A stretch of 64,000 nt of DNA from Eledone cirrhosa. Lineage: Eukaryota. Position 1 is the first letter of the stretch. The number at the start of each line of letters is the position of its first letter. Position numbers and translations under genes: made by a program. The stretch is taken from NCBI GenBank assembly GCA_964016885.1, contig OZ024748.1:18352001-18416000 (forward strand). The letters run 5' to 3'. The notes beneath the pieces are model-generated. The model saw only the letters and a list, made by a program, of their open reading frames with translations, was not told where the DNA came from and searched no databases. Below are positions 54,846 to 64,000 of this stretch, piece by piece.

Positions 54846-55718
54846 TGCTCTCACTTGTTCATGTTACAAGAGAAAACACATCAGCACAACTTAATTCAAA
54901 CAACCCACCTACATTTATTGGATTTAATAAAATGTTCCAATTGTTTGATCAACAAATGTCTGAGAGATTAACATACAAGTGTCTGAGCATTCCACAGACA
55001 TGTGTCCTGCTTAATGTAATTATTGCAAGAGATTCAGCATAAGCAAGGCTGGTCCTTTGAATTACAGGTAAAACACAACTTTGACAGCTGACTAGACGGG
55101 ACTGGAGCAATATGAAATAAAATATTCTGCCATGAATCAAATACATCTCGAGCTGAACACCCTAACCACTAATCCACCGACACAGATCTTCACATTCCTG
55201 TTAAAAATTTGATGACTTGCATTAAGAAGAGAAGTAAATATCTATAATGAGACATAGGAAGAATCTATTGTGTCATGGGTGGGTGACAGTGGTAGAAAGA
55301 AATTTGGAACCTCTCAATTTTAAAAAGAGGAAATAGTAGAGATATAATCAATAAAATGTAGTGGTTATTTTTTTTTTTTTTTGCACACCTACTTACTCTA
55401 AGTATGTACTTGTGTATGCATTTATATATCACCTTGACCGACCAGCCTGTCGGGTGCCGCTGTTTTAGCCATACCACTGGCTGGGTGGGCAGGCCGTAAA
55501 TCTAAAGTCTGTCAAGGACATGACAGTCTCGCTAGTAATGGAGATCTACACAAAAACACCCAGTAAAGTAGTTGGTGTTAGGAAGGACCCATTAGTTGTG
55601 TCAAAGACCTGACAGTCTCCCTCATGCTGGAGATCTAAACAATAAAATCCTCCAGTACTCACTGTAGAAAGCTTGCCAAACAAGGACCCATCAGTGTATG
55701 TCAAAGACATGACACCTC

Positions 55719-55825
55719 TTTTGTGCCCTAGAATCTAGGGCACAAAAATGTATCCTGCTTACATATGGCCATGCATTTTATCTAGGGCCTAGATAAAATG
55801 CATGGCCATATGTAAACAGGATACA
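55719..55825. repeat. Two adjacent palindromes (13-bp arms, then 38-bp arms)
   Basis: ttttgtgccctag-aat-ctagggcacaaaa, then 55749-55786 / 55788-55825 with one mismatch. Confidence 0.9.
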
Positions 55826-55914
55826 GACCCCTCAGCCCATCTGGGAGGTCAGTAGTTCCACCTCACTACTGACAGTCTGTGGAGACTCGTCCAACCCTTG
55901 TTAGCAGACGTTAA

Positions 55915-56056
55915 CCCTTTAGCATTTACATTACTCTATATTTTCACATAATATCGAATCTGATATTTATTTTGAGAAAAATACTTTATCAGTCTAGACA
56001 GCTGGTTTGAACCAAGAGGTGAAAGAATTCTGGTTGGATACAGCTGGTTTAAATGA
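55915..56056. mobile_element. piggyBac-type MITE, reverse orientation, internally deleted
   Basis: TTAA|CCCTTTAGCATTTACATTACTCT is the reverse complement of the right end of the other copies. Confidence 0.65.
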
Positions 56057-56582
56057 TCATAACACTCAAGTACATATATAATGGATAGAGAAAGAAATAT
56101 ACCTCTTTGATAGTTTCTACTCCAGCACTGACCCTCTTTTCAAATGAAGGGCAGAATTGTAGCCAATTGACACAGCTTCTCAACAACAAGGGACTACACC
56201 AGATCTGACTGTATACTTAATACCTCTTCTACACACCACTTGCTAAATCCTTTTACTACCAACTACCAACAAAGGTTCTTACATAAAATTACGGTGGAAG
56301 GTTTTTGTAAACAGAACCATGGGTGGTTCTGTATCAAATGTTGATCTACCAATTTTGCTCCATTATGATTATTGTCTGGATGATTTTCAGTTCAAATTTG
56401 AGCTAATTATATTTTTATGTCAATGCCATTTAAAAGAAGACAACCTGTTTAACAGGTGTTTCACTTGTGCGTGTGTGTGAATGTACGTGTATACTTACAT
56501 ATCACCACCATTTAACATATATTTTCCAGTGTATCAATGCCAAAAAGCTTATCAGCACAGCAACAAAACAGTATAGAAAAAT

Positions 56583-59500
56583 ATGAAGACGTCGCATCTC
56601 AGAGTTGCAACACTTAATGTTGGCACTCTCAGAGGTAGATCTGCTGAAATAGCGGAGATGCTGGAGAGAAGGCAGGTGGATGTGTGCTGCGTGCAAGAGG
56701 TGAGATGGAGAGGTGCCTCTGCGAGACTAGTCGTAGGCAAGCGTCTTAGCTATAAGCTATTCTGGGTAGGTAAGGATGATGGGTTAGGGGGAGTAGGCAT
56801 TTTCCTGGCTGAGAAATGGATCAATAAGACAATAGAGGTAGTTTGAGTTAGTAATCGAATAATTAAGCTTAGATTAGTTGTAGGTAGGAGACTACTGACA
56901 ATCATCTCGGTCTATGCTCCCCAAGCAGGCCTAGGCAAAGATGAGAAAGACTGCTTTTATGAGCAACTTTTGCAAACAACCACAATGACAGAGGACGGAG
57001 ACATCGTTATGCTAGCAGGAAACTTCAATGGTCATGTTGGACAGCTCCAGGATGGTTACACTGGGGTACATGGTGGGCACGGTTACGGTTCAAGAAATGA
57101 AGAAGGAGTGAGACTTCTTGAATTTTGTGATGCAAGTACATTGACTATTTGCAACACAAACTTCCAGAAACCTGCCAATCACCTAATAACCTACAAATCT
57201 GGTGAGCACATAAGCCAGATTGACTTCCTGCTAGTTAGGCAGCGGGACAGGCAGATAGTGTCTAATACCAAGGCATACCCTGGGGAAGAATGTACCCCAC
57301 AGCATAGGTTAGTTGTTAGTGATATCTCAGTAAGCAAGAGATGGAATGAGACATATAGGAAGGTGTGGAGAAGAAAGGTCTGGAAGCTAAAAGACCTTTC
57401 ACTAAAATTCAAATTTAGGAAAGCCCTTCAAGATGTATATGACGAAAAAGATGATTTAGAGACGTATGACATAGATAATAACTGGAAGTTCTTACGTGAC
57501 AGCTTGCTGCAGGCTACTGATGAAACCTGTGGCTGGAGCAGAGCTCCAACCAGACAGAGAGTGACCTGGTGGTGGAACAGCACAGTAGATAAGGCTATTA
57601 GAGACAAAAGACTAGCATGGAAGGCTTGGAAAAAGGGTGGGAGTAGGGAAGAATATACAGCCACTAAGAGAGAAGCTAGACGTCAGGTGTACTTAGCACG
57701 CAGGGAGGCAGAGAGTAGGAGGTTTGCCAATGTTCTGCGACGGGAAGATCAGAGGCGTCTGGTGTTCCACATTGCAAGGCAGTGTGTCAATGCAAATCAG
57801 GATGTTGTTGGAGATAAATGTGTCCGGGATGATGCCGGTACTTAGTGTCACTAATGACCAGAAAAAGGAGGCCTGGAAATGTCATTATGAGAGACTGATG
57901 AATGTGGAGAACGAATGGGAGAGAGAGAAATTACCCTTGGTAGATCCGACAGAGGGACCAGCTATTGAGATTGACGAATATAGGGTTCAAGAGGCGATTA
58001 AGGAAATGAAAAATGGTAAGGCGGCCGGACCATCGGGAATAGTTGCTGAGATGCTGAAGGCATCAGGGGTTGCACGCATCATCAATCAGGCTATATATGG
58101 TGGTGTCATACCCAAAGACTGGTGCAGCAGTATTCTCATAAATTGCTACAAAGGTAAAGGGGATGCTTTGGAGAGGAGCAATTATAGGGGTATAAAACTG
58201 ATAGATCAGGTTATGAAAGTGGCAGAAAGGATTTTAGCACAACTAATTAGAGAAAGGGTCAAACTAGATGAGATGCAGTTTGGTTTTGTGCCTGGGAAGA
58301 GTACAACAGATGCCCTGTTCTTGGTGAGACAAATGCAAGAGGTTTCTTAGAGAAGAATAAGCCACTATACTTAGCCTTTGATAGGGTACCCCGATCTGTC
58401 ATATGGTGGTCCCTAAGGAAGCTAGGTGTTGAGGAATGGCTTGAGGACAGTGCAAACTTTGTACAGAGGTACTCTCAGTAAAGTCAGGGTAGGAATGGAG
58501 TTTAGTGAGGAATTCCAGATACAAGTAGGAGTACATCAGGGTTCGGTCCTCAGCCCGCTCTTGTTCATTATAGTCCTCCAAGCCATAACAGAGGAGTTTA
58601 AGACTGGCTGTCCATGGGAACTTCTCTATGCTGACGATCTGGCTCTTATAGCAGAATCAGTAGAGGAGCTAGAGAATAAATTCCGGCTATGGAAACAGCA
58701 GTTGGAAGCAAGAGGACAGAGTAAATCTAGCTAAGACAAAAGTGTTGATGAGTAGAAAAAAGGACAAAACCCTGATTCCGTCAGGGAAATGGCCATGTTC
58801 GATATGCAGAAAAGGAACTGGCATAAATTCTATACAATGCACACAATGCAGGTCCTGGGTACACAAGAGATGTAGCGGGAAAGCAGGCAAACTAACAGGT
58901 AGGTAGAAATATGTATGCAGTAGATGTACAGGGAAATTAGACAGTAGAAGTCGCACTGATAGACACATTTTTCAAATGCGAGAGGGCGCTATAGAAGTGG
59001 TGGATAGCTTCCGGTACCTAGGAGATCAGATTAGCATGGGAGGAGGGTGTTCCAAGGCCATAGTATCTAGAATAAGGACAGGTTGGAAGAAGTTTAGGGA
59101 GCTGCTTCCTCTGTTGACGAAGAAGGGTTTCTCCCTGCGTACGAAAGGCCGGTCGTATGATGCCTGTGTGAGGAGCGCGATGCTGCATGGTAGTGAGACA
59201 TGGGCAGCAACCGCAGAGGATATGCGACGGCTGGAGAGAAATGAGGCAAGCATGCTCCGTTGGATGTGCGTGAACGACCCAGCATAAATGTGTTGAGAGA
59301 AACTGTGTCTGATAGGGATAGAATGTAGTGTACGGGAGAGGAGACTGAGGTGGTATGGACATGTGATGCGCATGGAGGATGACCGATGGGTGAAGAAGTG
59401 CCAGTTGAAGGAAGACGTGGTAGAGGTAGAGGTAGACCACGAAAAACATGGGCGGAGGTGGTGAGAACAGACCTCAGATCATTGAAGCTCACGGTGGAGA

Positions 59501-59596
59501 TGACGAGGGACCGTGACGAGTGGAGAGATGCTGTGCTGAATAAGACCCGTCCCACCCTTGCAAGCAGGGAAAAGCGGACGTAAAATGATGATGATT
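56583..59596 (+). mobile_element. Near-complete but decayed RTE-clade LINE (APE endonuclease + RT pseudogene)
   Basis: LRVATLNVGTL..CCVQEVRW, AGNFNGHVG, SQIDFLL, QHRLVV (APE); NYRGIKL, MQFGFVPGKSTTDA, GVHQGSVLSPLLF, LLYADD (RT); several stops and frameshifts; (ATG)n tail. Confidence 0.93.
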
Positions 59597-60818
59597 TCCC
59601 ACATTAGGGTTACACGGGCTGGTACATTATGAAACAAGTCATGTCTAGAGACCATGTCTTGCTCATATGGATCTGTAATTTGGTTTGGTTTCTATAGCTG
59701 GATACCCTTCCTAATGCCAACCACATTACAGTGTGGACTAGGTGTTTTTTGTTGTGTCAGATCAAATGTAGAGCATGTTGAGCTTTCAAGCTTGGATATA
59801 TAGGGTGTGCAGGTAAGCAAATTCAACATGGATGAGGTATGTAGGATATTTAACTGGGGAGTGATGAAGAGAAGATAGGTGTAGATTATTGTGTTCCCTA
59901 CATGTTGGAAGATGTCTTCACTTTTTCATCTTGGTTATTTGTCTATTATTACCTGTGCTATGTACCTCTGCATTCATATGACCCATCACATTTGTTTGAT
60001 CCCTAATACTTTAGATTCATTAATATATTAATTTATTTTGCTGATTGTGGGACCACATAATGCTTGAGACTGTGTTGGCACAACTTTATCTGAACCATGT
60101 GATATATAATATATATCATCATAGCTTCACAACTGCATTCCCTGCTAGCAAGAGTTGGACAGGTCAACATAGACCGAGTCAGTACTGACCTCCACAACAG
60201 GCCAAGTGGTTTGCACTGCTTATGTATGGTCATACATTATATTGAGTGCAAAGGAGTTGTATCTTTTGACATAACTGAAGAGTGCTCCCAGCCCTTTATT
60301 GGATAAGCATTCCATGGCTGGATCCCCTTTCTATCATCAACCACTTTACAATGTATACTGTATGCATTTATCGTGTAGATCACAAACACTAGGGATGCTG
60401 CCATGTCCTTGACATGACTGAAGGGACTCCCACTCCATATATATAGTGAGTGTGATAAACTGCCAAAAGGGTCAAGAAAACTATTCAGCTAAGCAAAAGA
60501 CATGATAAAATTCCCTTGTATATGTGCCAACTCAAAATGAATTTACTAAACTGCAAGATTGTATGACAATTTATCCCATGCTAGCCAGGAAAACATGTTA
60601 AACAATATATTATATACCCATGTGAGTGTATATCAATAATTCATAAATCAATAGTTGTCAATTTATGACAGCCACTCCACCGCATGAAAACAAGTAAATC
60701 TTCAACTATTTCTTGTTGGTTCGCTGTAATATTAACAATTGTTACATAAATGAAAAACAAACACCTAGATTAATCTCCGATTCATACACACACCCACATG
60801 AATACAAATACATATATA

Positions 60819-61516
60819 CGAGGGGGTGTCAAAAGGTTTGTGGAAAAAAGACCAATTTAAATTAAGTTTATTTTTCAACACATGCTCCTACTAGAACTAC
60901 ATTCCATCCCCGGTAACAATTCTCTGCAGAAAAGCTTTAGGGTCACATCCCACTTGTTCAAAATTTACATCACAAGATCTGCCCTTGTTTGCTGCTGATC
61001 TGGACGCAACAGCTTCGGGACCCGAGCAGAAAGCTTGCTCAGCCCCAAACTCTCCACCAGAATTGCGTGTGCAGAACACATGGAGAGGTTGAGCAGGTTG
61101 GCTACTGATCCAGTAGTTATTCGCCTTGTCCTTTTCAATTAGGTCACGGAACAGCATCAATGTTTTCCACAGACTGATGTAGATGGCCTGCAACTGAGGG
61201 AATCATCTTCAAGCTCATCGTTTATCCATTTATAGGTTGATTTCTTTAACGAATTGTCCTCATAAATTTGTTCCAGAGTGACAATCATTTGGTTGCTCTT
61301 CCACCCAGCTTCCCCATGAATTTGATGTTTGTTCAGGCCTCAATTTTGATAGAGGCCATGCTGTTCAAGCGGCAGCTAAGGGCACCGTGTTGCAACAGGC
61401 ATTTAATGGTTCATGTTACATGTTTTTACGAGAACGTACAGGTGAATGGAGATCAAAATCTCTGCTTATGATTTTTAGCTACGTACTTTTTCCGCAAACC
61501 TTTTGAAGCTCCCTTG
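60819..61516 (-). mobile_element. Internally deleted mariner (Tc1/mariner) transposon
   Basis: TA|CGAGGGGGTGTCAAAAGGTTTGTGGAAAAA ... TTTTTCCGCAAACCTTTTGAAGCTCCCTTG|TA imperfect TIRs; transposase relic FLQRIVTGDG on the minus strand. Confidence 0.85.
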
Positions 61517-62227
61517 TATACATACACACACGTATACATATTATATATACCCGTCATGTTTTTTACCTGATCCAGCTGACATATATATTCACAAATACAC
61601 ACACACACACATCATAAGCATTCTCTTATTCCTATACTTGTTCCAGCCGACATATACAAGACTACAAAATAGAACATCTACTTACTTCCTCACCAGCCAC
61701 ACCTTGGAAAATGCAATTTCGTGCATAAGGGTGGTAATACATTATCATTACATCCAAGTTGAACAATGGTTTGAAAGAAAAGGCTGCCGGAAACAGAAAT
61801 AAGCGAATGAAAAATAGAGTTAAGCAGGCAATACGAATGGAGGAAAACAAGACAGTGACAATGGGATTACAGGAGAAAGTATTTTGACTGGAACAGCAGA
61901 GGACATAAGCATCATCTTAGTTACTTTCACATCAACTATGTTTGAATGGGCCAGACTGGATGTTTTGAGGTAATGTTTTACAGCCGGACACCCTCCCTAA
62001 TCCCAACCCTCAGTTGCCTCATATTACACCCACAACAAAAACACAAACATCTTTCGAATGGAACAAGTCAAGAGAATAAGAATTATACATATACATTTGA
62101 AAATGTGAGCGTCCCAAATACACAAAATGCCTGTAAAGCAGCCAATCACTATAAACAATAGCTGAGAAAATACCTCTAGAGACAGTAAAAAAATGAACAG
62201 AAGCACATATGAGGAATCAAACCATAA

Positions 62228-62421
62228 CCCTTTACCATTTAAACCAGCTGTATCTGTTCAAACCAGTCGTAACTGGCCACTCATACAGAAATTAAGGTAT
62301 TGTTCTCAAAATACGTAATATCAAAATCTCAGATTTGATATTATATGAGATAATTATGTGAAATAAAGTCTTTAGCATGAAAATACAATAGTATATATAG
62401 AGTAATGTGAATGCTAAAGGG
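62228..62421. mobile_element. piggyBac-type MITE
   Basis: CCCTTTACCATTT ... AATGCTAAAGGG|TTAA. Confidence 0.8.
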
Positions 62422-63394
62422 TTAAATATTCTAAATACCATGTGAACATGCTAACCACTCTTGTTACCAACCTGGCCAAATCCAATTTTAGCAGTTTCCA
62501 ATTTAAATTAAAACCATCAAACATAATTTCATACAAACCTTACATTAAGTTACTATCTTAGTAATGAAATAATTAATAATTTTAATAAATCCCTCAAAAT
62601 TTTTCATTAATTAATTGAAACAGTGAATTTCATTACAAAAGGGGTAATGATTGATTTTCTCAGTTATTATCTATGGCGATGACTGTTATTGCAGTCATTT
62701 TCTATATTTGGGAAGCTCACACATTTAAATTCTTCCATTGCTCTGTAAAGCACAAGTTTGTATACACATACATATATATATACACGTGTTGTGTGAGATA
62801 AAAATCAAACTGTGCTCAATAATACATCCAAGCTATGACCAGTTCCTGCCCATAGCTGTTTATTTTATGATCCAAACTGAACCAGAATCTCCCCACAGCA
62901 CTCCCACTGGAAGTAACTGTAAGAAACTCTTGCATCAAGAACTTCCACATAACAGTGCCTCCACATATTCCAACAAATAACAGTTTTACTTGCTAAAAAG
63001 TCACTGGACAGAACAGTTTCTAAAAGAAGAAAAAAAAAAGTGGTTTCTTCCATTGTAAAGAAATGTGATGTTTTTTGTCTTGTATTTGTTTTTTTTTCTC
63101 CCCCCATTTTTTTAAGAAAAAAAAAAAAAAAAAAAAAAAAAAGGCAAGCTCTTTTCCCCTGATAAAATTCTAGTACTTGTGTCTGCAAAGTTGATTTTTT
63201 TTAGTTTTTAAAATGCTTGTATATTATTAGCAAATGTTTTTCAATGTTTCATATGAATTTTTTTTTTACTGCAAGAAAAAAAAAAATTGTTTTCTTACAG
63301 ATCTAAACATAAAAGTCAAAACATAGAAGCTGAATAAATAAAAAAAACAGACGAAATTAATATAAAAAAGGTTTAAAATAAAATCAAATAAAAT

Positions 63395-63545
63395 CTAGGC
63401 ACAAGGCCAACAATTTTTTGGAGGAAGGTAAGTCAAATTATATTAACCCCATAAATTCCAGAAGAATGCAAGTTGACCTAAACAGGATTGAACTTACAGA
63501 TAAAGTACAGCAAAGTGTTTTGTCTGATGCTCTAACTGCCAATCA
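63395..63545 (-). mobile_element. Old SINE family A copy
   Basis: ggcacaaggccaacaatttt...tgatgctctaactgccaa, diverged. Confidence 0.55.
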
Positions 63546-64000
63546 ACTGCCCTAATGAAAATGGAGTAATTGTATTTTAAATAACAAACAAGAGTTTAAC
63601 TGCTGATAATGAAAGGACATCTTCAGAACTTTAGAAATAATTAATACAACTTTAAATCTATTTATCAGACCAATTTTCCAACAACTAGGAGAGGGGGGGA
63701 AATAAAGATTTATCACAGCAGGTTAATTTTGAGTTTAGTAAAATATCTCTAGAGGTACAAGGAACAAATACAACAATAACAACAGATTGGTAATTAATAT
63801 TCTTTAAAGCCAACAGTCCCATGAACCAAAATGTGTTTCATGTCAATATCTTTTACCACACTGAGAAGATATACACAAACCCACCCTGGCTAAGACACTA
63901 GTGTTTCTCAGAGCAACTTCATCCATTTCCTAGTTGGTGTAAACAGACATTTAAAACACTGTCCAGAATGGACTTCCTTGGTTGGATACAGTTATTTGAT

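Overview
AT-rich animal genomic DNA. The SINE/LINE/microsatellite make-up suggests a coleoid cephalopod such as an octopus (inference from recalled repeat families, not searched). Two convergent spliced genes can be reconstructed: (+) a TMEM55/PIP4P PI(4,5)P2 4-phosphatase-family gene (7 coding exons, 1256-42448, first exon not found) and (-) a 3-exon Ly6/uPAR three-finger protein gene (52812-48078). The fifth visible intron of the PIP4P gene is 35.7 kb and is almost all degenerate (TA)n/(TATG)n microsatellite, with one 200-N gap. Six non-repetitive islands sit inside it: two young 5'-truncated CR1-group LINEs, a chimeric partial LINE duplicate, a structured 610-bp island and two non-coding elements carrying type I hammerhead ribozyme folds. 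One of these is a 454-bp circularly permuted unit with a 111-bp terminal redundancy (retrozyme-like). The other is a perfect 204-bp-arm palindrome whose hammerhead has a 116-nt stem II. The rest holds tRNA-derived SINEs, piggyBac-type MITEs, a decayed RTE LINE, a deleted mariner, minisatellites and small palindromes. The giant Y/I/M/C/V ORFs in the ORF track are microsatellite artefacts.
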